In this document: in pieces, positions 29,133 through 37,840 of the stretch
How positions within the stretch are numbered: the first letter of the stretch is position 1
Layout of the letters: each line of letters opens with the position of its first letter
NCBI GenBank assembly: GCA_965212015.1
Contig: OZ243037.1
Location: forward strand, 128,001-192,000
Reading direction: 5' to 3'
From: Cenarchaeum sp.
GTDB taxonomy: Archaea; Thermoproteota; Nitrososphaeria; Nitrososphaerales; Nitrosopumilaceae
DNA: 64,000 bases
Position numbers and translations under genes: made by a program
Notes under the pieces: model-generated
Database searches by the model: none
What the model saw: the letters and a program-made list of their open reading frames with translations, nothing else
What the model was told of the DNA's origin: nothing

Positions 29133-29163
29133 GCCGGGACTTGGGGTGCGGCCACAAATAAAA

Positions 29164-29448
29164 CTAGTCCATTGAGATCTTTAGGAATATGACGAGTCCG
29201 GCAAGCTCTGCGATTCCCACCCCCAGCAGGTACGGAAATATGTCGTGTGAGAACAGCATCTCTATGGAAAAGTACGCCATTGCGCCTATGACGTTGTGCA
29301 GGAACAGCATACCTGCGACTACTATCATTCCAAGCGGCAGCTGCGCCTTGGTCTGCGAGTATATCCTTCCAAAGTTCACCATCAGCACCCCCAATACTGC
29401 CATATTTGCAATCGAGACGGCAGAAAGCACGGCAGTAGTGGGCTCCAT
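29164..29448 (-). CDS. small three-TM membrane protein
   Basis: Three hydrophobic segments, directly downstream of the ArsR gene. Confidence 0.75.
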   Translation of the reverse strand: MEPTTAVLSAVSIANMAVLGVLMVNFGRIYSQTKAQLPLGMIVVAGMLFLHNVIGAMAYFSIEMLFSHDIFPYLLGVGIAELAGLVIFLKISMD

Positions 29449-29472
29449 TGGGTGTTTTGCAGCCGTATGTGC

Positions 29473-29775
29473 TTATTTACTTTTTTCCAGTTTCGTTACA
29501 ATTTCGTCTAGCGCCCCGATGTTGACTTCGAGAAAAGTCGAGATGAAATAGGTAACGCCGTATTTTTCACCCTCCTTTGCTATGAGGTTGTTCTTTTCCA
29601 GCACCCTTATGTGGTGCTGGATTGCCTTGTAGTCGAGGCCCATCTGTACTGCAATCTGGTTTATGTTCGACGGCCTGTCCCTTAGGATCCCTATTATTTT
29701 CAGCCTGTTCATGCCGCCACGGGTGCCTACAAAAATAAACCACAATAGCCGCTTTGCATGAGGATCATCTTTCAT
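29473..29775 (-). CDS. ArsR-family winged-helix regulator
   Basis: TRGGMNRLKII..L, NINQIA...LDYKAIQHHIRVLEKNNLI and KYG. Confidence 0.88.
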   Translation of the reverse strand: MKDDPHAKRLLWFIFVGTRGGMNRLKIIGILRDRPSNINQIAVQMGLDYKAIQHHIRVLEKNNLIAKEGEKYGVTYFISTFLEVNIGALDEIVTKLEKSK

Positions 29776-29875
29776 GTTTTACGGGATTTGCACCCAAATA
29801 CATTAAAAGGTATTATTTTGGCCCGTTTGCAGGCGCCCGGACCGCCAGAAATGTGGTAAAAATAAAAGGCCGTAC

Positions 29876-30772
29876 ATGACAGGGGTGTATAGGATGCTAG
29901 AATACGACGCCCCCCTGTACAGGCCGCCGTCTGAGGCCAGATCCACGATATTCCAGGTGACCCTGGGATGCTCCTTTAACGAGTGCTCCTTTTGCGACAT
30001 GTACCGCTCCAAGGAATACCGGGAAAGGCCGTGGGATGATGTGAAATCCGAGATAGACCTGATGGCAAGACACATGCCGGAGACAAGGAGGGTCTTTCTT
30101 GCAGACGGCGACGCACTCAACCTTGATGCGGACTATATGGTGAGGATTGTAAAATACATCGGCGAAAAATTCCCGAATCTGGAGAGGATTTCATGCTATG
30201 CCATGCCGATGAACATACTCAAAAAGACCCCCGAGGAGCTCGAAAAAATGCGCAACGCCGGCCTTGCAATGCTGTACCTGGGAATCGAGAGCGGCTCTGA
30301 CCTGATACTGAAAAAAGTCACAAAGGGTGCCGTCGGAAGCACCATAATCAGGTCGGTAAACAAGGCAAAAGACGCCGGATACGCAATGTCCTGCATGATC
30401 ATCCTGGGACTCGGTGGGAGGGACAACTCCAAGGAGCACATACGGGGGACTGCGCACGTGATAAACTCGTGCACGCCGGACTATGTCGGCGCCCTTACGC
30501 TGTACCTGGAAAACGGAATTAAAGAAGAGTTTCATGCAAAGTTCGGCGAAGAGTTTGTTCCGGTGTCTGATGATGAGGCCCTATCTGAGCTCGAGGATCT
30601 GGTGGACAGCATTGACGTAAAAAAAGACGTCGTGTTCAGGGCCAACCACGGCTCCAATGCGTATATGGTAAAGGGGACGTTTCCGCACGACAAGGGTGCC
30701 ATGCTGGAAAAAATCTCGTGGATGAAGGCCCACCCTGACGTTGCCAGGCCAAAGGGCCTGCGCGGATTCTAG
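29876..30772 (+). CDS. radical SAM protein
   Basis: YRPPSE, CSFNECSFC (CxxxCxxC), FLADGD and GIESG. Confidence 0.9.
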   Translation: MTGVYRMLEYDAPLYRPPSEARSTIFQVTLGCSFNECSFCDMYRSKEYRERPWDDVKSEIDLMARHMPETRRVFLADGDALNLDADYMVRIVKYIGEKFPNLERISCYAMPMNILKKTPEELEKMRNAGLAMLYLGIESGSDLILKKVTKGAVGSTIIRSVNKAKDAGYAMSCMIILGLGGRDNSKEHIRGTAHVINSCTPDYVGALTLYLENGIKEEFHAKFGEEFVPVSDDEALSELEDLVDSIDVKKDVVFRANHGSNAYMVKGTFPHDKGAMLEKISWMKAHPDVARPKGLRGF

Positions 30773-31203
30773 GCTGCGGCAAAGTCCGGATTCAGGTACA
30801 CCACCTTGTACACTATGGCGGTGTATTCGCCTGAAAACGGCGCAACTGTAACGCCGTCGCTGACGTTTCTTACCCTGAACTTGTATTCGTACGTGTCATC
30901 CTCGCCCACGTCGACCTGGGCAAAATGCACCCCGTCCATTCCCGAATACATTTGGATTATGACCGGGTATCCGTCCACGTGGTTTGCAATCTTTCCCTCG
31001 ACGAATCCCCACGGCAGGGCATTGTCTGCCGGAACGTTGAACTCGACAGTCGTCTTTTCCAGCCCCATGACGTCGTTTATCGGAATTATCTCAGAGTGTG
31101 TGTGCTCGTCTGCCATTATTAGCCCCGCGTGGGGGTGCGCATAGGCCGGGACGCCAAGCATCATTATGGCGCCAAAAAGCACGCCGAGCAGGTATCCCCT
31201 CAT
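30769..31203 (-). CDS. secreted hypothetical protein with a His-rich N-terminus
   Basis: Signal peptide ending in AYA, followed by HPH...EHTH and a beta-rich body. Confidence 0.72.
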   Translation of the reverse strand: MRGYLLGVLFGAIMMLGVPAYAHPHAGLIMADEHTHSEIIPINDVMGLEKTTVEFNVPADNALPWGFVEGKIANHVDGYPVIIQMYSGMDGVHFAQVDVGEDDTYEYKFRVRNVSDGVTVAPFSGEYTAIVYKVVYLNPDFAAA

Positions 31204-31236
31204 GGAGTTACATTGGGACTGCTTTGTATTAAATTT

Positions 31237-31389
31237 TTAACGCATGGGTTTGTACGTGGTCACTACCAGCCTGACAGCCTCGCCTGCCATGCACAGGCCG
31301 TATGCCCTCCATGTCAGGACGCACTTGACAAAGCTTGACATCCGCTTCATGACATCCTTGATCTGCCCGCTTATCTTGCGAAACACCAC
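31237..31389 (-). CDS. small hypothetical protein (about 50 aa)
   Basis: (M)VFRKISGQIKDVMKRMSSFVKCVLTWRAYGLCMAGEAVRLVVTTYKPMR*. GTG start at 31389 or 31386 with SD-like GGTG. It is the 3' part of track ORF 31237..31698. Confidence 0.5.
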   Translation of the reverse strand: MVFRKISGQIKDVMKRMSSFVKCVLTWRAYGLCMAGEAVRLVVTTYKPMR

Positions 31390-31430
31390 ACCATGATTGG
31401 AACCAATCTCTCCTTGATCGTATGGCCTGT

Positions 31431-31516
31431 GGCCGGCCAAAGCCGGCCTTGGTAAGTGATCGGGCCGTGATTCCGGCCCGGATGGTTCTTGGTAGGAGGG
31501 CCGGCCAAAGCCGGCC
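31431..31516. repeat. two identical 18-nt hairpin repeats GGCCGGCCAAAGCCGGCC flanking a third hairpin
   Basis: Copies at 31431-31448 and 31499-31516, with CGGGCCG-TGATTC-CGGCCCG at 31461-31480. Confidence 0.85.
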
Positions 31517-31601
31517 CGACGGTGTGGGGATACGGGGCTCCCGTCTCGATATAGATGGTTAAAATACCACGAATCCGAATCAGGGGTAATTGGCCGGCAA
31601 A

Positions 31602-32078
31602 ATGGAGTTGATTTTGGGCATACTGCGCATACGGCAGTATGCCGCAATTGCGGTACTTGGATCTGCCGGGCTGGGAGTACTGTATTATTTTCTGACAATG
31701 TCCATGCTGTATGAGCATTTTGACAAAATCGGACCGTCCCAGCCGTATGTTGCCGCCGCGCTTGGACTTACTGCGGCAATCTCTGCTCTGGCGGGAGTCA
31801 ACTTTGCCATGATGGCCTACAAGATAAGAAAAATGAGAATGATGAATTCCGTAAAGTCAAACTCGTCTGCGCTTTTTGGCGGGGTTTTTGCCGCCTTTAC
31901 CCCTGGATGTCCTGCGTGCACGGCTCCGCTTGCCGTGATTCTCGGCGCAGTAGGCGGGCTGTCGCTGTTTCCGATGCAGGGCCTGGAGCTAAAACTGATA
32001 TCGGCCGGCGTGCTCCTCTTTTCGATCTATTGGATTGCGCGCGGCCTGCAAAAGCGCAGCTGTTGCAGTATAAACTGA
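31602..32078 (+). CDS. membrane protein with a CxxC motif
   Basis: Four or more TM segments, PGCPAC and a C-terminal CC. Confidence 0.75.
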   Translation: MELILGILRIRQYAAIAVLGSAGLGVLYYFLTMSMLYEHFDKIGPSQPYVAAALGLTAAISALAGVNFAMMAYKIRKMRMMNSVKSNSSALFGGVFAAFTPGCPACTAPLAVILGAVGGLSLFPMQGLELKLISAGVLLFSIYWIARGLQKRSCCSIN

Positions 32079-32124
32079 CGCGCAGGTGCGAAAACGTTTT
32101 ATTTTCCGGCGATTACCGCATCTT

Positions 32125-32922
32125 GTGGATTTCAAGGACAAGACGGTTCTGATTACGGGGGCGTCATCTGGCATCGGCAGCGTCACTGCCGCAGAATTTG
32201 CAAGATCCGGGGCAAACATTGCGCTGGTTGCCCGGAGAAAAGAAAAGCTGGATCAGGTCGAAGACGGACTGGGCGAGTTCCACGTATCGACTCTGGCATG
32301 CCAGTGTGACGTCTCAAAAAGGGATCAGGTGGAACAAATGTCCAAGGAGGTACTCGAAAAATTCGGCTCCGTTGACGTCCTGGTCAACAATGCCGGAATT
32401 ATAGCGTTCGGCTCCATATCTGATCTCAGCATAGATGAGATATGCTCGCAGATGGAGACGAATTACTTTGGAATGGTTTACTGTATCAAGAATTTTCTTC
32501 CATCGATGCTCAAAAAGACGTCGGCCCACATAGTAAACGTCGCATCCGTAGGCGCAAGCGTCAGCATGCCGGGAATAGCATCCTACTGTGCCTCAAAGTT
32601 CGCCATGCTGGGATTCTCAGAAGGACTCAAGCACGAGCTAGGCGGCACCGGGGTGGGGGTGACTGTCGTCAGCCCAATTGGAGTCAGAACAGACTTTATT
32701 CCGTCGCTGAATACAAAGGCCCAATCCAGATATTCCTCGGTAAGCGCCAAAACCGTGGCCAGGGCGATACTCAGGGCGGCGAATTCATCGAGACTCGAGA
32801 TTACAGTCCCGTCTGCGGCGCGTGCTGCGATATGGATGAAAAACACTTTTCCATACGTCGTAAACCCGCTTGCGGCAAAGTCGTTCAAAAAACAGCTCAA
32901 AACCATGATGCAAAACGACTAG
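32125..32922 (+). CDS. short-chain dehydrogenase/reductase
   Basis: Motifs TGASSGIG, NNAG and YCASK. Confidence 0.93.
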   Translation: MDFKDKTVLITGASSGIGSVTAAEFARSGANIALVARRKEKLDQVEDGLGEFHVSTLACQCDVSKRDQVEQMSKEVLEKFGSVDVLVNNAGIIAFGSISDLSIDEICSQMETNYFGMVYCIKNFLPSMLKKTSAHIVNVASVGASVSMPGIASYCASKFAMLGFSEGLKHELGGTGVGVTVVSPIGVRTDFIPSLNTKAQSRYSSVSAKTVARAILRAANSSRLEITVPSAARAAIWMKNTFPYVVNPLAAKSFKKQLKTMMQND

Positions 32923-33060
32923 ATCCGGCAGAAAAGTCACACCCTGTATGCCAGACGTGGCATGTGCCGGCTTGAGATATGATCCCCCTGCGGTGCATGA
33001 AAATTGCGACAAAACCTAGATCCGTCGAGTGAACAGCTGTAATTTTACATAAGCAGATAT

Positions 33061-33507
33061 ATGGGAAAAACACGCGTAAAACGAATGCCTAGAGTAACGT
33101 TTTATGTTGTATTTCTCTTGCCGGTACTGCTTTCCTTTGTGTTTGGGGGGGCGGTTTTGGCCCTGCAGGATCACGAGGGAGGATACGCCCTGTTTGGTTC
33201 CGAGCAGATCAGCATTCTGGGACTAGAGTCCGCATATTCCGCATCTGATCCGGTGTCGATCCGGATATCTGCTGATGATTCCTTTGACTGCGGTGATCTT
33301 TACATTTCCATCTATAACTCGGCTACGGGGGAGCTAGTCAGGCAGGCGGGATTTTTTGATCAGTGCTTTGTACGGGCGGACTCTGACTTGCCACTTGGCG
33401 ATGACTTTTCTGAGGTAATTACCATACCGGGAAGCTATGAGGTCAAAGCCGACATGATTAACGAATTACAGCAGGCTTCTGTCAGGGGACAGTTCAGCGT
33501 GGGATAA
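33061..33507 (+). CDS. secreted or membrane-anchored hypothetical protein
   Basis: N-terminal hydrophobic helix and an Ig-like beta body with two Cys. The start may be 33085. Confidence 0.7.
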   Translation: MGKTRVKRMPRVTFYVVFLLPVLLSFVFGGAVLALQDHEGGYALFGSEQISILGLESAYSASDPVSIRISADDSFDCGDLYISIYNSATGELVRQAGFFDQCFVRADSDLPLGDDFSEVITIPGSYEVKADMINELQQASVRGQFSVG

Positions 33508-33533
33508 GCCGTGTCCGTATACGTGGTGATTAC

Positions 33534-34763
33534 ATGACAAAAAAACCAGAGCAAAACATTGATGATGAAACAAGGCTGCGGGCGGAACTAGCCAAGCTCA
33601 AGGCGGAGCTCGAGGAGCAGAAAAAACAAAGCGAGGCAAGATCCAAAAAGCGGCAGGAAAAAAAGACAAAACTTGAAAAGGCAAAACCCAGACCCGTAAC
33701 GCCAAAAAAACAGCCAGAAAAGAAAAAACCCGAAAAGGCAAAACAACCAGTAAAGCCAAAACAACCAGAAAAGAAAAAACAGCCCGAAAAACCAAAACAG
33801 GCCGTAAAAGTAAAACAGCCGCAAAAGCCAACCGTACCCAAATCCAAAGCGCAGCCAGAAAAAAAGCCCGAGCCCGAAAAGGCAAAACAACCCGAAAAGA
33901 AAAAACCCGAAAAGGCAAAACAACCGGTAAAGCCCAAGCAACCAGAAAAGAAAAAACAGCTCGAAAAGCCAAAACAACCCGAAAAGAAAAAACCCGAAAA
34001 GGCAAAACAACCAGTAAAGCCCAAGCAACCAGAAAAGAAAAAACAGCTCGAAAAGCCAAAACAACCCGAAAAGAAAAAACCCGAAAAGGCAAAACAACCA
34101 GTAAAGCCAAAGCCTGAAAAGCCCAAGCAACCAGAAAAGAAAAAACAGCCCGAAAAGCCAAAACAGGCCGTAAAAGTAAAACAGCCGCAAAAGCCAACCG
34201 TACCCAAGTCCAAAGCGCAGCCAGAAAAAAAGCCAAAGCCCGAGCCGCCGGTAAAAAAACAGCCGCCGCCAAAGAAAAAGACCAAAAGGCAGCTCGAAGA
34301 GGAGGCCAGAAAGGAGAAAGAAGAGCGCGAAAGAACACTAGAAGAGGAGCTAGAAAAGGAGCTCTCCGACGAGGAGATAGAGAACTTTCAAATCGAAAAA
34401 GTCGACATGGAGAGGCTTACCAACAAGGTCTGCGAGATGCTGGTAGTCTATGAATCCGCAGGCGTGCTGCAAAGCGAGCTGTGGAAAAAGCTAAAGCTCA
34501 ACGGCAGGGACGGCGCAAGGCTGGCCCTGAAGCTAGAGCGGACGGGAATAATCAACAGGGAGAAGATACTGGAGAAGGGAAGGTGGACATACAAGCTGAT
34601 ACTCAAAAAGACGCCCATCAGCACCCAGTCGATTGGAAACGCACCGTGCCTTATCTGCCCCGTGGAGCAAAAATGCTCCCTGGAAGGCGATATAAGCCCG
34701 CGTACGTGCCAGTGGATTGAAGAGTGGGTGATAGCAGAGACAAAAAAACCCGCAAAATCATGA
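33534..34763 (+). CDS. TFE-beta/RPC34-like transcription factor (wHTH plus 4-Cys FeS domain) with a long Lys/Pro/Gln/Glu-rich N-terminal arm
   Basis: wHTH GVLQSELWKKL...LERTGII.RE...GRWTYKL and C-terminal APCLICPVEQKC...ISPRTC.WIEEW. Confidence 0.8.
   Translation: MTKKPEQNIDDETRLRAELAKLKAELEEQKKQSEARSKKRQEKKTKLEKAKPRPVTPKKQPEKKKPEKAKQPVKPKQPEKKKQPEKPKQAVKVKQPQKPTVPKSKAQPEKKPEPEKAKQPEKKKPEKAKQPVKPKQPEKKKQLEKPKQPEKKKPEKAKQPVKPKQPEKKKQLEKPKQPEKKKPEKAKQPVKPKPEKPKQPEKKKQPEKPKQAVKVKQPQKPTVPKSKAQPEKKPKPEPPVKKQPPPKKKTKRQLEEEARKEKEERERTLEEELEKELSDEEIENFQIEKVDMERLTNKVCEMLVVYESAGVLQSELWKKLKLNGRDGARLALKLERTGIINREKILEKGRWTYKLILKKTPISTQSIGNAPCLICPVEQKCSLEGDISPRTCQWIEEWVIAETKKPAKS
33706..34260 (+). repeat. 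coding tandem repeats: 87-bp unit KQPEKKKPEKAKQPVKPKQPEKKKQLEKP plus a duplicated block of about 100 bp
   Basis: TCGAAAAGCC recurs at 33961 and 34048 (87-bp period). The block QAVKVKQPQKPTVPKSKAQPEKKP occurs twice. Confidence 0.92.
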
Positions 34764-35353
34764 AACTAATAGACGCACGAAGGGATCACTATCGGAGGCT
34801 CGCACACGAGCAAGGGTACCGCAGCAGATCCGCCTTTAAGCTAAAGGAGCTCAACAAGGCCTACAGGATTATCGGTCCCGGGTTTTACGTCCTGGATCTG
34901 GGGTGCGCCCCCGGGGGATGGCTCCAGGTCGCAGTACAGCTTGCGGGAAACAAGGGCAGGGTGCTTGGAGTCGACACGGCGTACGTGGAGGAGATAGAGG
35001 GCGCAGAGATGATTATCGGAAGCATCGGGGACGAGTCGATGCCCGATGACATAATGGGGTTTTTTGATAAAAAGCCAAACGCAGTAATCTGTGATCTATC
35101 GCCGCAGGTGACTGGCAACTGGTCTGTCGACCACGCAAGGCAGGTATCGCTAAACTATGACGCGGCAAAAATCATGGACAGGGTGCTTGCGGCAAAGGGC
35201 AACGCCATATTCAAGGTCTTTGACGGCCCGTATACCACCGAGTTTAGGGATTATCTGAAAAAAAAGTTTGCAAGGATAAAGCTCACAAAACCGCAGGCCA
35301 GCCGCAAGGCAAGCAGCGAGCTGTACTTTGTGTGCCTGGGATTTCTGGGCTAG
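34760..35353 (+). CDS. rlmE: 23S rRNA Um2552 methyltransferase (RlmE/FtsJ)
   Basis: Motifs YRSRSAFKL, LDLGCAPGGW and KPQASR..SSELY. Confidence 0.93.
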   Translation: MKLIDARRDHYRRLAHEQGYRSRSAFKLKELNKAYRIIGPGFYVLDLGCAPGGWLQVAVQLAGNKGRVLGVDTAYVEEIEGAEMIIGSIGDESMPDDIMGFFDKKPNAVICDLSPQVTGNWSVDHARQVSLNYDAAKIMDRVLAAKGNAIFKVFDGPYTTEFRDYLKKKFARIKLTKPQASRKASSELYFVCLGFLG

Positions 35354-36492
35354 AATACTATTCTTTTGACCTCGTCTATCCCGGCATCAGTCCTAAACCC
35401 GGTGGGATTAAGCGACGTGGGGCTTGCAGAAAACCCCGCATCCTGCAGCCGCCCTAGCGCGTCATCCAGCCTTGGCGGCGGGCGGCCCGCCTTTGATGCT
35501 ATCTCGTCTAGCGTGTGGTATGATGCAGGCATGCCGGACTCTAGGATGGACTTTGAAATGCCTTTCTCGCACATCTTGTCTACTGTCAGGTTTGCCGCCG
35601 CATCGCCCATTGCCTCCAGAAACTCTTTTTCAAACAGTCTGCCCGTCCACAGCGGACCTGCAAACTCGCGGCTCTGGCCGCACGCCTCGCACGGCAGTCC
35701 CCTGTCTGCCAGGGCGCCGCGGCCGCCGCACGCCTTGCACTCGTATATGTATCCGATGTTTGCCGCCTGATCCGGACGGTTCAGCATCCTCGCATAGATC
35801 CTGTAATAGTGCTGATCACTCTGCACAAAAAGCGGCTGAATCTCCATGTCCAGCCTGGCCGTGATGTGACGGAGGCACCCGAGAATCAGCCTTATCGCAA
35901 TCTCGTTTCCAAACTCCGATCTTATCGGGGTCCCGCCGTACCTTCTGAGGCACGCGCCCTGAAACAATCCGTTTAGCACCTGCAGATCCGTCGCAGTAAC
36001 TGACAGCATACCGCCGTGCATCGTGGCCCTGGCGCAGCAGTCAAGAAACCTTGCAGGCGAGCCGAACGGATCAATGTCGACTATGGCGCCGCGCCTGCCC
36101 TTTTTTGAGCGTCCACCAAAAAACCTGCACGTCTCATCACAGGAAAACTCTACATCTGTCAGGCCGTTTATCCCGGCGGATTCCCCTGCCAGCTCTAGTG
36201 CGTGCGGATTCAGATCGTTGAGTATAATTTTTTCAAACCCGCCGCTTTCATTGGCTGCCCTGAGTCCCCTGGCGCCGAGGCCTGACTGGCCCTCAAGAAA
36301 CACCCTCGGGCCGTCAAAGCCCCTGAGAAACGCCGCATACGCGACTGTGGAAAAGTCCCGGTTTATCTTTGCGCGCGGGTTGAAAAACACGGGCTCCATC
36401 GGCGGGGTCTTTTGGGTTATTGACGCCTCTGGCACGAGCATGTCAGTTGCGCCCTCTGTAATCGTAATTATCTCCGAGCCGAACCGTTGCAA
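35350..36492 (-). CDS. trm1: tRNA (guanine26-N2)-dimethyltransferase
   Basis: Motifs VFFNP...NRD, DIDPFGSP, VTATD, a zinc finger and GPLW.G. Confidence 0.92.
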   Translation of the reverse strand: MQRFGSEIITITEGATDMLVPEASITQKTPPMEPVFFNPRAKINRDFSTVAYAAFLRGFDGPRVFLEGQSGLGARGLRAANESGGFEKIILNDLNPHALELAGESAGINGLTDVEFSCDETCRFFGGRSKKGRRGAIVDIDPFGSPARFLDCCARATMHGGMLSVTATDLQVLNGLFQGACLRRYGGTPIRSEFGNEIAIRLILGCLRHITARLDMEIQPLFVQSDQHYYRIYARMLNRPDQAANIGYIYECKACGGRGALADRGLPCEACGQSREFAGPLWTGRLFEKEFLEAMGDAAANLTVDKMCEKGISKSILESGMPASYHTLDEIASKAGRPPPRLDDALGRLQDAGFSASPTSLNPTGFRTDAGIDEVKRIVF

Positions 36493-36555
36493 TTGCGATT
36501 AGGCAACGCCCCTTTACCTATAACGGTTTAATATCGATCCGGCGCCACGGCCTGT

Positions 36556-37176
36556 ATGCAGGTGTGCGGGGTGGACGATGCCGGGCGCGGCTCCATGCTC
36601 GGCCCGCTGGTAATCGCCGGCGTCTCAGTCCGGAAATCCGAGGCCAGGGGGCTGACCTCAATGGGCGTTCGCGATTCCAAAAAACTCAGCGCCGCAAAAA
36701 GGGAAATACTGTACAGGAAAATACTCCGGTACGTTGACGGATATTACGTGGCAAAAATCACACCAAAGACCATAGATCGCAGCGTCGAGAAGCACCTGCT
36801 CAACCGCCTGGAGGCAAAATACATGGCAAGGGTAATCACAAAGCTGGACTCTGATGTCTCGTACGTGGACTCGTGCGACGTCAACAATGCCAGGTTTGGC
36901 AGGGAGGTCTCGAGGCTTTCCGGCCACAGGGTGCGCTCGTACCACCACGCCGACGACCGGTTCGTCATAGTCTCTGCGGCCTCGATTCTAGCCAAGGTGG
37001 TCCGGGACAGGGAGGTTGCAAAGCTTGGGGGGAGGCAGGAGATCGGCAGCGGCTATCCGTCTGATGTCCGGACAGTAAGGTTTGTCCGGCGGTGCGTGCG
37101 CAGGGACGGTAAAGTGCCGCCGTTTGTGCGCACCAGCTGGCGGCCGGTCAAAAAAATCATGCGCGACTGCCGGTGA
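36556..37176 (+). CDS. rnhB: ribonuclease HII
   Basis: Motifs GVDDAGRG, DSKKL, VSAASILAKV and GSGYPSD. Confidence 0.95.
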   Translation: MQVCGVDDAGRGSMLGPLVIAGVSVRKSEARGLTSMGVRDSKKLSAAKREILYRKILRYVDGYYVAKITPKTIDRSVEKHLLNRLEAKYMARVITKLDSDVSYVDSCDVNNARFGREVSRLSGHRVRSYHHADDRFVIVSAASILAKVVRDREVAKLGGRQEIGSGYPSDVRTVRFVRRCVRRDGKVPPFVRTSWRPVKKIMRDCR

Positions 37177-37840
37177 ATCTTGCGACTGCCATGGCGTGAT
37201 CCTTGTCGTACGGCTCGAGGTTGATCTCTTGGATGACCTCAAAGTCCGCGCCGAGCTTTTTGATCTCGTCTTTGATCGTCCTTTTTGGCGACCTTATCGT
37301 GTCTATGCTGCGCGCCTTGATGACAAGCAGCATGTGCCCGCCGTCCTTTAGGTACATCTTGCAGTTGGATATGGCAATTTCCGTCTGGTCTGGCTGCGCA
37401 ATGTCCACGTACACCACGTCGACTCTGCCAAACACCGAAAAGTAATCCCCCGGCCGCCTTGCGTCCTGCATTACGGGGACAATGTTGCTGCGGTGCTGCG
37501 CCACCCTGTCCAAAAAGTCCCGCGCCACCCTGCTTGCGTGCTCTACGCCAAAGACCATCCCGCTACTGTCCACGATATCAGAGATGTGGCTTGCCGTGGT
37601 TCCCGTGGATACCCCGAGGTATAGCACCACGGACTCGCCCTTGATGGGGCACACCTCCAGGCCGTTTAGTATTGCGGCGGCAAGCTTGCTTCTGAATGGA
37701 TCCCACAGCCTGTATTCGGTCCCCTTTTTGAGCACGAGCTTTTCATTGTACACCTTGTTTCCTGGCACAAAGTTCCTGGTCGCAAGCCTTTGAATGCCGT
37801 CTGATTTTACCCAAAAAATCCCGCGGCTATCGTTTTCCAA
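37157..37840 (-). CDS. flpA: fibrillarin-like rRNA/tRNA 2'-O-methyltransferase
   Basis: Motifs YRLWDPFRSKLAAA, VLYLG..TGTT.SH and DIAQPDQ. Likely TTG start at 37840. Confidence 0.95.
   Translation of the reverse strand: MENDSRGIFWVKSDGIQRLATRNFVPGNKVYNEKLVLKKGTEYRLWDPFRSKLAAAILNGLEVCPIKGESVVLYLGVSTGTTASHISDIVDSSGMVFGVEHASRVARDFLDRVAQHRSNIVPVMQDARRPGDYFSVFGRVDVVYVDIAQPDQTEIAISNCKMYLKDGGHMLLVIKARSIDTIRSPKRTIKDEIKKLGADFEVIQEINLEPYDKDHAMAVARFTGSRA

Noticed and set aside
31431-31516. Possible mini-CRISPR array (palindromic repeat, 50-nt spacer, repeat)
   Set aside because: There are only two 18-nt repeats, the spacer is itself a hairpin, and there are no cas genes. It is kept as a structured-leader finding instead.
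33530-34338. Three long Phe/Gly/Cys/Leu-rich minus-strand ORFs that look like membrane or Cys-rich proteins
   Set aside because: They are artefacts of the nearly T-free plus-strand Lys/Pro/Gln repeats, which cannot generate antisense stop codons.
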